From the NCBI GenBank assembly GCA_947625865.1, contig CANQQD010000002.1, positions 39,457-103,456 of the forward strand: 64,000 nucleotides of DNA, read 5' to 3'. Positions 52,576 to 62,212 of this stretch are shown in pieces. Origin of the DNA: an uncultured Clostridia bacterium. Lineage in GTDB: Bacteria; Bacillota; Clostridia; Christensenellales; Borkfalkiaceae. Made by a program: the position numbers and the translations under genes. Within the stretch, counting starts at the first letter, position 1. Every line of letters starts with the position of its first letter. The notes beneath the pieces are model-generated. The model had not been told where the DNA came from. It saw nothing but the letters and a program-made list of their open reading frames with translations, and made no database searches.

Positions 52576-53105
52576 AGCGGCGCGTCGCCGCAACCGGGTT
52601 TCTTAATTGTTTTTGCGCTTAACTTGCTTTAGCACGGGTCCAACGAGAATTGACAATCCCCTCAGTCTCGCTTTGCTCGACAGCGTTCTCACACGGCGTA
52701 AGGAATAGCGCCGTGTTCGGGCACCGTTCGCGCGGGACGTATGCGCTCACTCATCTCGCGCGGCAAAACAGCGCACTGTGCTGTTTTGGGAAATCCGCGC
52801 TCGTCCTACTAAAGGGAGTCAAGGTTGGGGGTGGCGTTGCATTTACGAAGTTATGCGGTGGGTAGAAGCGAGCATCGTCTGCAGGGAATTGGATTACTCC
52901 CACCCGTCACTTCGTGACACCCTCCCCCGTTACACGGAAGAGGGCACGGTTAAGCGTGCAATTACGAAGTCAGCAAGCGGTTAGAAACGAGCAAGACAAG
53001 GAGCGCGCGTAAGCGACGACGGGAGTGTACATAGACGTACACGACCAAGGAGTGCGCAAACGCGACACAGTATTGCGAAGTTTATAATCCGCTTGCCGCG
53101 GTAGC
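52576..53105 (+). repeat. mosaic intergenic element, copy D (longest)
   Basis: About 530 bp without a credible ORF. It contains module 1 (52686-52733), module 2 (52918-52951), an internal imperfect direct repeat around TTACGAAGT (52843-52851, 52962-52970) and several short stem-loops. Its right end abuts the proS stop codon. Confidence 0.8.
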
Positions 53106-54533
53106 TTAATAGGCGCGGGCGAAGATCACCACATGCTCCGCCTTTTTGCCGCACACCGCACATTTTTCGGCAGTCTCGCCCTCGGCGTAGACCCTTGCGG
53201 TGGCGGCGGTTTTTTCCTTTACTTTATCCTCGCATTCGCGGCAGCCGCACCAGCCCGCCTTTACAAAATTGCCGCTCTCGACGCCCTTCAATATTCCGTC
53301 CAGATCTTCGGCGTACACTATCCTGCCGTCGCGGCGAACTCTTGCCGCCTCCAACATATCATTTTGAACGGTCGAAAGAAGCTCCTGCACCGTTTGGGCG
53401 AGGGTCGACAGATCGTAGCTTTCCTTTTGCAATGTATCGCGGCGGAAGATCATCGCCTTGCCGTTCTCTATGTCGCGGGGACCTATCTCTATCCTAAGGG
53501 GCACGCCCTTCATTTCCCACTCGTTGAATTTCCAGCCGGGAGAGGCGTCGGTGTTGTCAAACTCAACACGTATTGACATTTCCTCGAGCTTTTGCTTGAT
53601 TTGTTCGCACATTTCCACTACTCCGCCCTTCTTTGCGGCGATGGGGACTATAACTACCTGAACGGGCGCGACCTTGGGCGGCAGCACAAGCCCGCGGCTG
53701 TCGCCGTGAGCCATTATGAGGGCGCCTATGAGCCTTGTGGATACGCCCCAGCTCGAGGTGTAGGCATATTTCTGCGTGCCGTCCTTGTCGAGATATTTTA
53801 TGTCGAACGCCTTTGCGAAATTCTGACCGAGGTAATGGGATGTGCCGGCTTGCAGGCTCTTGCCGTCCTTCATCATGGCTTCCATGCCGTAGGTGGCAAC
53901 GGCGCCCGCAAACTTTTCCTTTTCGGTTTTTTTGCCGCAGATAACGGGGATCGCAAGCACGTTTTCGGCAAATTCTTTATATACGCCGAGCATCTGCATG
54001 GTTTCCCCGCGCGCCTCCTCCTCGGTGGCGTGGGCGGTGTGACCCTCCTGCCATAAAAATTCGGAGGTGCGCAAGAAAGGTCTTGTGGTCTTTTCCCAGC
54101 GCATGACGTTACACCACTGGTTTATCTTAATGGGCAGATCGCGGTAGGACTGCAGCCATTTTGAATACATGCTGCCGATTATCGTTTCGGAAGTGGGTCT
54201 GATGGCAAGGGGCTCGGCGAGCTCTTCCCCGCCCGCATGGGTGACGACCGCGACCTCGGGCGCAAAGCCCTCCACGTGCTCCGCCTCCTTTGTGAAATAG
54301 CCGATGGGGATAAGCAGGGGGAAATATGCGTTTTTGTGACCCGTCGCCTTAAACCGCGCGTCAAGTTCCGCCTGAATATTTTCCCAGATGGCATAACCGT
54401 ACGGGCGGATGACCATTGTGCCCTTCACGGGTCCGTAGTCCACAAGCTTTGTTTTTAATACTACGTCGGTGTACCACTGCGGGAAGTCCTTTTCTATGTC
54501 GGCTATCTGCTCGACAAAGCTCTCTTTGCCCAT
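53106..54533 (-). CDS. proS: proline--tRNA ligase (archaeal/eukaryotic-like type)
   Basis: Start MGKESFVEQ with RBS AAGAGGAGCATTTATG. FPQWYTDVV and MVIRPYGYAIWE motifs, C-terminal Zn-binding Cys cluster. Confidence 0.95.
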   Translation of the reverse strand: MGKESFVEQIADIEKDFPQWYTDVVLKTKLVDYGPVKGTMVIRPYGYAIWENIQAELDARFKATGHKNAYFPLLIPIGYFTKEAEHVEGFAPEVAVVTHAGGEELAEPLAIRPTSETIIGSMYSKWLQSYRDLPIKINQWCNVMRWEKTTRPFLRTSEFLWQEGHTAHATEEEARGETMQMLGVYKEFAENVLAIPVICGKKTEKEKFAGAVATYGMEAMMKDGKSLQAGTSHYLGQNFAKAFDIKYLDKDGTQKYAYTSSWGVSTRLIGALIMAHGDSRGLVLPPKVAPVQVVIVPIAAKKGGVVEMCEQIKQKLEEMSIRVEFDNTDASPGWKFNEWEMKGVPLRIEIGPRDIENGKAMIFRRDTLQKESYDLSTLAQTVQELLSTVQNDMLEAARVRRDGRIVYAEDLDGILKGVESGNFVKAGWCGCRECEDKVKEKTAATARVYAEGETAEKCAVCGKKAEHVVIFARAY

Positions 54534-54718
54534 AAATGCTCCTCTTTTACCTGAATTTACAGCATTATAACACATATTAACATAAAAATAAAACGTTTTG
54601 GGGCGGTAAACGAAAAATTCGGTCATGCGCCGAGTTGCTGAAAATCACTTTAATAAAAATTTGAGATTTCACTTTTTATTACTTGTAATAAAAAAAACGA
54701 TATAGTATAATAAACACA

Positions 54719-56188
54719 ATGAAAATCAGCGACCTTAAAAAACTGAAAAGCGGCACAGATGTGCGCGGGGTTGCGGTGGGCGACAAAATTACGCTCACCG
54801 ACGAAGCTGTGGCTGCGATCACAAAGGCTTTCTGCCTCTGGCTTTCAAAAAAATTCAAAAAACACGAGCTGAGGATCGCCGTAGGCAACGACCCGAGAAT
54901 TTCCGCGCCGAGGATTTCCGACAAGGTGATTTCGGCGCTGATTTCATGCGGGGCGGACGTGGTTTATACGGGGCTCTCCTCCACTCCGTCGATGTTTATT
55001 CTGCTCAAAGAGAGCGACTTTCTTTGCGACGGCTCAATTATGATCACCGCTTCCCATCTCCCCTACGACAGGAACGGCTTGAAATTCTTTACGCCGCTCG
55101 GCGCGCTTTCGGGAGCGGATATCGACGCCATTCTCGCACTCGCCGCCGAGGGCAAGTGCACGGTCGGCGCGGGAAAATATTTCGAAAGGTCGTTTATGGA
55201 CGAATATTCCCGCATACTCGTAAAAAAAGTTGAGGATGTGTGCGGTTTAAGACCTCTGGAAGGTAAAAAAATAATTGTAGATGCGGGGAACGGCGCGGGA
55301 GGATTTTTTGCCGGAAAGGTGCTTGTGCCGCTCGGCGCGGACGTTTCGGGCAGCCTTTACCTCGAACCCGACGGAACCTTCCCCCACCATGTGCCCAACC
55401 CCGAGGACAAGGCGGCGATAGACTGCATTTCAAACGCCGTGAAAAGCACGGGCGCGGACCTCGGGATCATTTTCGATACGGACGTGGACAGAGCCGCGTG
55501 CGTGGACAAGGGCGGCGAGGAATTGAACAGAAATTCGCTGATAGCCCTGCTCTCCGCGATAGTACTGCCCAAAAAGGGCGGGACGATTGTTACAGATTCC
55601 GTAACCAGCGTGCACCTGACACAATTCATAGAGAGCCTCGGAGGGAAGCATTTAAGATATAAGCGCGGCTATAAGAACGTTATCGATAAGTGCATAGAGC
55701 TGAACAACGGCGGGGAATACTCCCCTCTTGCAATCGAGACGAGCGGGCATGCCGCTTTCCCCGAAAATTATTTTCTGGACGACGGTGCGTATCTTATAAC
55801 GCAAATTTTAATATGCCTTTCCCGACAGGCGAAGGACGGGAAGACGCTTGCTTCGCTTATCGGGGGCTTTAAAAAATCCGCGGACGAGGCGGAGGTGCGC
55901 ATAGGCTTCAACTCCAAGAGCCGCAGTTTCAAAGCCGACGGCGCGAGGGTAATAGAGGAATTGAAGAACGCCGGCTTTAAGACGGCGGACGACAACTACG
56001 AGGGCGTGAGAATATTTTTTGAAAAGGGCAACGCTATTGTGAGAATGAGCGTTCACGACCCCGTTATGCCGTTATACTTCGAGAGCGACGAGAAGGGCGG
56101 CTGCAGGATAGTAGCCATGAAACTGCTGCAATTTTTGAAGCAATACGATTTTCTCGACCTGAATAATTTGATAAAATACTTGAATTAA
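54719..56188 (+). CDS. phosphohexomutase (phosphoglucomutase/phosphomannomutase family)
   Basis: Active-site loop ITASHLPYDRNG, metal loop FDTDVDR, sugar-binding loop ETSGH. Confidence 0.85.
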   Translation: MKISDLKKLKSGTDVRGVAVGDKITLTDEAVAAITKAFCLWLSKKFKKHELRIAVGNDPRISAPRISDKVISALISCGADVVYTGLSSTPSMFILLKESDFLCDGSIMITASHLPYDRNGLKFFTPLGALSGADIDAILALAAEGKCTVGAGKYFERSFMDEYSRILVKKVEDVCGLRPLEGKKIIVDAGNGAGGFFAGKVLVPLGADVSGSLYLEPDGTFPHHVPNPEDKAAIDCISNAVKSTGADLGIIFDTDVDRAACVDKGGEELNRNSLIALLSAIVLPKKGGTIVTDSVTSVHLTQFIESLGGKHLRYKRGYKNVIDKCIELNNGGEYSPLAIETSGHAAFPENYFLDDGAYLITQILICLSRQAKDGKTLASLIGGFKKSADEAEVRIGFNSKSRSFKADGARVIEELKNAGFKTADDNYEGVRIFFEKGNAIVRMSVHDPVMPLYFESDEKGGCRIVAMKLLQFLKQYDFLDLNNLIKYLN

Positions 56189-56254
56189 AATTTATCATGG
56201 CGCAAATCCACCCTGCTTGCGCCGTAAATTATTTTTAAAATAAAGGAGAACCTT

Positions 56255-58237
56255 ATGTCCGTTGCGACCAAAAGCGTAGACACAATCAGAATTTTATCCG
56301 CCGAGGCTATACAGAAGGCAAACTCCGGGCACCCCGGTATGTGCATGGGCGCCGCGCCCATCGGATACGAGCTCTTTGCCGAACATCTGAACTTCAGCTA
56401 TAAAAATCCCAAATGGGACAACCGCGACAGATTCGTGCTTTCGGCAGGGCACGGCAGCATGCTGCTCTACTCCCTCTTGCATCTGTTCGGATATGACCTC
56501 TCCATAGAGGATATAAAGAACTTCCGCCAGCTCGGCTCAAAAACGCCCGGACATCCCGAATACGGCAAAACGGACGGAGTTGAAACCTCCACCGGTCCTC
56601 TCGGGCAAGGCTTGGGCAACGCCGTGGGGTTTGCGCTTGCGGAAGCGCACCTCGCCGCCGTATTCAATAAGCCCGGGTTCCCCATAGTGGACCACTACAC
56701 CTACGTTTTGTGCGGCGACGGCTGCCTTCAGGAGGGCATGGCGTACGAGGCTTGCTCCTTTGCGGGAACCCAGAAGCTCGGCAAGCTGATACTCCTGTAC
56801 GATAAAAACAATATAACGATAGAGGGCGATATAAACACGACCTTCAACGAGGACGTGGCTACAAGGTTCGTTGCCCAGGGCTGGCAGGTGCTGCGCGTAA
56901 ACGACGCAAACAATCTTGCTGCGCTCGGCAGGGCTATCGGACAGGCTAAGTCGGAGCTTTCACGGCCCACTATAATAATCTGCAACACGGTGATTGGATA
57001 CGGATCGCCGCTGGAAAATTCCGCCGCGGTACACGGCGCGCCGATGGGCGAGGAAAATCTTGCAAAAACCAAGGACCGCCTGAATTGGTACTATGCGCCC
57101 TTTGAGGTGCCTGCGGACGTGAAGGAGCATTGCCTTAAAATAGCGGACGAAAAGCTCAAAGCCGAGCAAGAATGGAACGAGCTATTTAAAGCTTATTCTC
57201 AAAGCTACCCCGAGCTCGCACAGAAGTACGAGGAATATATGAGCGGGCAGACGCCCGATATAAAAGCTATTGCCGCAAAACTTGAATTTACCAAGCCCGA
57301 GGCGACAAGGTCGAGCGGCGGCAGAATTTTAAACGAGATCGCAAAGGCGACTCCTAATCTGCTTTCGGGCTCAGCCGATCTTTCGCCCTCGACAAAAACG
57401 GAAATAAAGGGCGCAGGATACTTCTCGCCCGAAAACCGTACGGGCAGAAATATACACTTCGGCATACGCGAGCATGCGATGGCGGCAATATGCAATGGCG
57501 TGCAGCTACACGGAGGCTTGAGGATCCTTTGCTCCACCTTCTTCTCCTTCTCCGACTATATGAAGGGCGGAATGAGAATGAGCGCGCTGATGAATATACC
57601 CGTAATTTACGTTATGACCCACGATTCAATCGGCGTGGGCGAGGACGGTCCCACACACCAGCCCGTGGAACAGCTTATAGCTCTCCGCTCCATTCCCGGG
57701 CTGAAGGTCTTCCGGCCCTGCGACGGCAAAGAGACCGCGGCGGCGTATGTTGAGGCGTTTACCCAAAGCGCGCCCACTGCAATGATACTTTCGAGACAAA
57801 ATCTCGGGCAGTACGAGGGCACGGGCATGAACGCGCTCAAGGGCGGATATGTGATAGCCGACATGCCGAAGCCAGACGTGATTTTAATAGGCTCGGGCTC
57901 GGAGATAGATTTGTGTATGGGCGCAAGAGAGCTGCTTGCAAAGGAGGGTATCCGCGCGCGCGTCGTTTCTATGCCCTGCATGGAGGAATTCGAGGCGCAG
58001 ACAGAGGAATATAAGGAATCCGTGCTGCCTAAAGCGGTCAGGGCGCGCGTGTGCGTAGAGGCTGCCTCGCACTTTGCGTGGTATAAGTACTCGGGCGACT
58101 GCGGCGAGGTGGTCGCGATGAAGTCGTTCGGCGTTTCCGCGCCTGCGGGCGTGCTGTTCGAGTACTTCGGCTTTACCAAAGAAAATATTGTAAAAGCCGC
58201 AAAAAAGTCAATACAGTCTGCCAAAATGAGAAAATAG
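56255..58237 (+). CDS. tkt: transketolase
   Basis: SGHPG, GPLGQG, CGDGCLQEG, HDSIGVGEDGPTHQP motifs; 660 aa. Confidence 0.96.
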   Translation: MSVATKSVDTIRILSAEAIQKANSGHPGMCMGAAPIGYELFAEHLNFSYKNPKWDNRDRFVLSAGHGSMLLYSLLHLFGYDLSIEDIKNFRQLGSKTPGHPEYGKTDGVETSTGPLGQGLGNAVGFALAEAHLAAVFNKPGFPIVDHYTYVLCGDGCLQEGMAYEACSFAGTQKLGKLILLYDKNNITIEGDINTTFNEDVATRFVAQGWQVLRVNDANNLAALGRAIGQAKSELSRPTIIICNTVIGYGSPLENSAAVHGAPMGEENLAKTKDRLNWYYAPFEVPADVKEHCLKIADEKLKAEQEWNELFKAYSQSYPELAQKYEEYMSGQTPDIKAIAAKLEFTKPEATRSSGGRILNEIAKATPNLLSGSADLSPSTKTEIKGAGYFSPENRTGRNIHFGIREHAMAAICNGVQLHGGLRILCSTFFSFSDYMKGGMRMSALMNIPVIYVMTHDSIGVGEDGPTHQPVEQLIALRSIPGLKVFRPCDGKETAAAYVEAFTQSAPTAMILSRQNLGQYEGTGMNALKGGYVIADMPKPDVILIGSGSEIDLCMGARELLAKEGIRARVVSMPCMEEFEAQTEEYKESVLPKAVRARVCVEAASHFAWYKYSGDCGEVVAMKSFGVSAPAGVLFEYFGFTKENIVKAAKKSIQSAKMRK

Positions 58238-58303
58238 ACTAAAGAGAAACGGCGCGCCGAGAGGTGCGCCGTAAGCATATTTATAAAGCATAGAGGTTAA
58301 ATT

Positions 58304-58840
58304 ATGGATTTGGAAAAATTATATCTTACACGCCAGAGCACCCGGGAATACGATCCCGCAAAAAAGGTGACCGACGAGGATCTTCTGGAAATTTGCAGGC
58401 TGGCAAAGCTTGCGCCCTCGGCGGTCAATTCGCAGCCGTACAAACTGCATATTATCACGGGAGAAAAAGCCCCTGCCTTTGCAAAAAACGTGCAGGTACT
58501 CGGCAGCAACAAGTGGACTTCGGACTGCCCTGCCTTTATAGCCATAGAGGAGGGCAAGCCCGCGGTTCTGGAAAGATTGGGGCAGAGATTGGTAAAAACC
58601 GAATTTGTACCAATAGATATAGGTATAGTTTCGGCTTATATCGTGCTCGCCGCGGAAAATATGGGCATACAGACATGTATTTTGGGCATGCGCGACGAAA
58701 AGGGCATTTCCGAATTTCTGGGCTTGAAGGAAAAGAGCAAATTCCCGCTTGTAATTGCCCTCGGATATGCAAAAGAGGGCTACCCCGTGCGTGAAAAAAA
58801 GCGCAGGGACTTCGGCGAAAACGTGACAATTACAAAATAA
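58304..58840 (+). CDS. nitroreductase-family oxidoreductase
   Basis: RQSTREY and APSAVNSQP motifs; 178 aa. Confidence 0.85.
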   Translation: MDLEKLYLTRQSTREYDPAKKVTDEDLLEICRLAKLAPSAVNSQPYKLHIITGEKAPAFAKNVQVLGSNKWTSDCPAFIAIEEGKPAVLERLGQRLVKTEFVPIDIGIVSAYIVLAAENMGIQTCILGMRDEKGISEFLGLKEKSKFPLVIALGYAKEGYPVREKKRRDFGENVTITK

Positions 58841-58861
58841 AAACTCAACATATAACGCTAA

Positions 58862-58896
58862 AAAGAGTGGGAAAGCTAATAACTCCCCCACTCTTT
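58862..58896. terminator. bidirectional terminator
   Basis: AAAGAGTGGG / CCCACTCTTT stem followed by TATTTATT. Confidence 0.7.
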
Positions 58897-58911
58897 TATT
58901 TATTCGCGCGA

Positions 58912-60096
58912 TTATTCCGCCTTGACCTCCTGCGCTATAATGTCGGAGCGTATCCTCCTGCCCGAAAGCGCAAACATCAGTGCGGTGAACGCCGTGAGCA
59001 CGGCAAATGAAAGGAGAGGCACAACCGCCGAGAACGTAGTTCTGAACGACAGCTCGAACACGGTTTCGCACAGGTGCATGAAGTAGATATTGAATAATAC
59101 TCCGAATCCCGATGAAATCAATGTTACGACCAAAAAAATCGCAACGGCTATGCCGAAATAAATGCCAAACACCGTGCCGCTGCCCGCACCCAAAAGCTTG
59201 AGCCGGCAAATAAAGGGCTTACGCTGCCTGTAAAACATTGTCATCAGCGTGTAGACTATTACGACCATAACGGCAAAGAACAGCGCAACTGCCACGTCGA
59301 GCGTCAATTTTATGGGCATAATATTTCTGAAATAATCTGTTATGGGACTCGATAAAGGATACTTTAAGCCGGTTACCGACAAACTGCCAAGGGTATCTTC
59401 ATACTTGCTGAAAGAGGCGTGCGCGGAACGGGCGTCGTAGTAAACCATTCTCGCATTACTGAATTCAAATTCATTGCTTTCGGTAATGTAGTAGTAGAAA
59501 TTGAAAAAATAGTCCTCTTTCAAGGGTTCCCTGTCGAATATGCCGGAAACAACGTAGCTCAACTGCGGCGCCGACGGCTCTTTCGGTATTATAGAAACGG
59601 TATCTCCGACGGCAAGGCTTAAAAACTCCGCCACCTTTTTATCGACGCAAATCTGGCGTTCACCGCTGTTCCACTGCCCCGAGACGAGAGCGTCCGAAGC
59701 AGAATCCAGCTTCGATTTCGTTTTGTCGTTGAGTACGAGAATTGCGCCCAAATCGCTATACAGTCCCGCATTTTCACTTATATCGGTCGTTTCCATAGCT
59801 TGCCCTTCGGCATTTTCAAGCGTGACGGCGCAAGTAAGCCACGTCTTATTATTAAGATAGAGCTCGTCAGGACTTATTTTCATTAAATCGTCTATGGTTT
59901 TAAGCCTATATGCAACTATAACGTATGATGAGAAATTTTCGTCGAGGTAGGAATAAAAGCCGTTGACGAAATCCATGCGTACGGAGAGCGCGCCCATAAA
60001 CGCCGATAAAAATACCGTCAATATTAAGGCTATTATAATTATCGACTTTTTTAAAAGCCGCACTTCCGTTTTAATAAAATAAAGTATTCTTTTCAT
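58912..60096 (-). CDS. FtsX-like ABC transporter permease
   Basis: N-terminal TM segment, large extracytoplasmic domain, three C-terminal TM segments. Its start overlaps the ATPase stop by 26 nt. Confidence 0.72.
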   Translation of the reverse strand: MKRILYFIKTEVRLLKKSIIIIALILTVFLSAFMGALSVRMDFVNGFYSYLDENFSSYVIVAYRLKTIDDLMKISPDELYLNNKTWLTCAVTLENAEGQAMETTDISENAGLYSDLGAILVLNDKTKSKLDSASDALVSGQWNSGERQICVDKKVAEFLSLAVGDTVSIIPKEPSAPQLSYVVSGIFDREPLKEDYFFNFYYYITESNEFEFSNARMVYYDARSAHASFSKYEDTLGSLSVTGLKYPLSSPITDYFRNIMPIKLTLDVAVALFFAVMVVIVYTLMTMFYRQRKPFICRLKLLGAGSGTVFGIYFGIAVAIFLVVTLISSGFGVLFNIYFMHLCETVFELSFRTTFSAVVPLLSFAVLTAFTALMFALSGRRIRSDIIAQEVKAE

Positions 60097-60757
60097 CGCT
60101 TATAACCCTTCCGTCGGCAAGAGTTACTATTCTCTGCGCCATGTGCGCGTCCTGCTCGTCGTGCGTAACCATTAAGATAGTTCTGCCCTGCGCGTGAAGA
60201 TTTTTGAATATGTTCATTATATTTTCGCTGTTTTTACCGTCAAGATTGCCGCAGGGCTCGTCGGCAAGAATAAAGTGCGGGTCGTTTATAATAGCCCTCG
60301 CTATTGCAACGCGCTGCTGTTCGCCGCCCGAAAGCGTTTTTGTCTTGCTCTTCATTTTATCGGAAAGATCGACAAGCTTTAACGCTTTATCAACCTTTTC
60401 GGTATTTTCCTTGCCGAAGCTACCCGCAAGAATGAGGGGGATTTCAACGCACTCGCGCACGGTATATTCGGGCTCCAAATAGAAATTTTGAAAGACAAAC
60501 CCGATCTTTTGGTTGCGGAACCTTGCAAGCTCCTTGCCCTTTAAGCTTCCTATCTCCTCGCCGTCGACGGTTATACTGCCCACGGATATGCTGTCGAGCG
60601 TGCCTATGAGATTCAAAAGAGTGGATTTTCCGCTGCCCGACTTGCCCACTATTGCCACAAACTCGCCGTCGGAAATATCCAGCGTGATATCGTCGACAGC
60701 ACGAAACTCTGTCTGTCCGCTACCGTAAATTTTTGTTACTCCGCGTAAATTGATCAT
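60071..60757 (-). CDS. ABC transporter ATP-binding protein (MacB/LolD type)
   Basis: [28 protein letters not shown] motifs. Confidence 0.92.
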   Translation of the reverse strand: MINLRGVTKIYGSGQTEFRAVDDITLDISDGEFVAIVGKSGSGKSTLLNLIGTLDSISVGSITVDGEEIGSLKGKELARFRNQKIGFVFQNFYLEPEYTVRECVEIPLILAGSFGKENTEKVDKALKLVDLSDKMKSKTKTLSGGEQQRVAIARAIINDPHFILADEPCGNLDGKNSENIMNIFKNLHAQGRTILMVTHDEQDAHMAQRIVTLADGRVISDEKNTLFY

Positions 60758-60770
60758 AATACACCTTTAT

Positions 60771-62078
60771 TTAATCAGCCGTTGTATTTAAAAGCTCTTT
60801 TATGCTTTTCCTCTTCGTCATAATGAAGATATTAAAAAACAGAAAGAGAGTAACCGCCAAAACCATTGCGAGCCCCACGCCAAACACTATGCAAAAGAAC
60901 ATTCCGTTGAGCGGCATCAATTCCATCCAACCGAAAACATGTCTGTTGAGAACTACCCTTACTACTGCGTACACCGCAGCAGTAAGCACAGCGGAGCAAA
61001 GCACGGCGACGCCGCATAAAATCAAAATCTGGACGATTGTAAGCGCGTTCAGCTCCCGTTCTCCTATTCCTTCGGTTAAAAGCACGCCTCCGCCGCGCAC
61101 GAAATATCTTGTAAATCTATCTGTAAGAAGATAGATTATCAAAAGCAGCCCCACGCCGAAGGAAACGCCGAGAATTATGAACAGATTGGTGGTTATGGTC
61201 TGTATCTGCGCCAAATCTTCTGCTTCATATAACGTTCCGACGCCCATGTATGGCACGCTGCTCAAATGTTCATCCATATCTGATAAATAATCTATCTCTT
61301 CATAGGTAAGCCAGCGGGGAAAGGAATAGAAATAATATTGTGCGTCCCTTACTGCTTCGGCGCTGTCCGCAACAATGATTTCAGGACGAAAACATCCACT
61401 GAATAAATAGCATGTAGGCCGGTGCCCCCGAAGCTTTGTATATTCGGGAATTATTATGCCAGTTACGGTAAAGGGCTCCCACAGCTTGCCATAGTCGAGG
61501 TAGTGAAAGGTTACCTGTTTGCCCAAAACATCCGCATAGGAGAGATTATAATAGCCGAGCAGCGTAGCCGAAATTACCGCTTCGTCCGCGGCTTCGGGCA
61601 TTTTGCCTATAATGAAGTTATTCAGCCCGAAGCTTGCTTTGAGCGCCTTATAGTCGTTTTCCGTGAACGGGTTTTGGCACGCTACCATATCTACATTGTA
61701 AGGGTTATTACTAAACGCATCGCGCATTTCGGAGATAAAAATTTCTCCGCCCACTTCAATTCGCAAAGTCCCGGTATTTAAGTCATAAATTCTTGTATTC
61801 AGCCGCGGGCTGAAGTCTGCGCATTTATACTCTATTATCTGCGTGCCCTCCGGCATAGGTTTATCTATAGATCCGCTATTTAAAGGAAAAAGATAGTTTG
61901 CCGACGCGCTTTTCTCAAAAAGGGTGCTGCGCATATTGGCTATGGATATACCCACAACGGAGAACAAGCTTAAAAGAAAGGTTAAAAAGGTAAGCGCGGC
62001 GGCTATTTTTATATTCAGCCACTTGCGGCATTTTAAATTTTTAAAGGATAAAATAATAAGTTTTTTCAGCGTTTTCAT
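60771..62078 (-). CDS. FtsX-like ABC transporter permease
   Basis: Same 1 + 3 TM topology with a large external domain. Confidence 0.72.
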   Translation of the reverse strand: MKTLKKLIILSFKNLKCRKWLNIKIAAALTFLTFLLSLFSVVGISIANMRSTLFEKSASANYLFPLNSGSIDKPMPEGTQIIEYKCADFSPRLNTRIYDLNTGTLRIEVGGEIFISEMRDAFSNNPYNVDMVACQNPFTENDYKALKASFGLNNFIIGKMPEAADEAVISATLLGYYNLSYADVLGKQVTFHYLDYGKLWEPFTVTGIIIPEYTKLRGHRPTCYLFSGCFRPEIIVADSAEAVRDAQYYFYSFPRWLTYEEIDYLSDMDEHLSSVPYMGVGTLYEAEDLAQIQTITTNLFIILGVSFGVGLLLIIYLLTDRFTRYFVRGGGVLLTEGIGERELNALTIVQILILCGVAVLCSAVLTAAVYAVVRVVLNRHVFGWMELMPLNGMFFCIVFGVGLAMVLAVTLFLFFNIFIMTKRKSIKELLNTTAD

Positions 62079-62212
62079 CTGCGTTCACCTTTAATTCCGG
62101 CACGCCCTGCCAGCTGTTAAAACCGGCAGGGCGATAGCTGAATGGATATTATGTTAGCTTAATACAAAAAAATAATCAACCACCTTTTGTTTACATTTGT
62201 GTAAATTTTTGT

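Noticed and set aside
52838-52862. CATAACTTCGTAAATGC on the minus strand shares 11 nt (ATAACTTCGTA) with a loxP arm. Related ACTTCGTAA/ACTTCGCA strings occur at 17290, 17400, 52962 and 53076.
   Set aside because: There is no 13-8-13 inverted-repeat architecture and no tyrosine recombinase gene in the window. The string is better explained as a recurring module of the mosaic element, and the loxP resemblance is probably coincidental.
52650-53163. Small ORFs of 60-71 aa inside element D (52650-52865, 52778-52984, 52981-53163), and ORFs at 17318-17569 and 49440-49634 inside copies A and C.
   Set aside because: They have no RBS and run through hairpins and terminators. Their frames are not preserved between element copies, whose differences include indels.
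54534-54718. T-box leaders upstream of the aminoacyl-tRNA synthetase genes proS, glyQS (42119-42236) and glnS (39503-39520).
   Set aside because: The leaders are too short (18-185 nt). I found no T-box consensus (AATNAGGGTGGTACCGCG-like) or specifier-loop architecture.
62103-62133. GC-rich hairpin CGCCCTGCC / GGCAGGGCG between the membrane XRE gene and the first FtsX gene, considered as a terminator.
   Set aside because: There is no T-run on the minus strand, so it cannot be distinguished from an attenuator or a stabilising stem. It is mentioned only in the finding.
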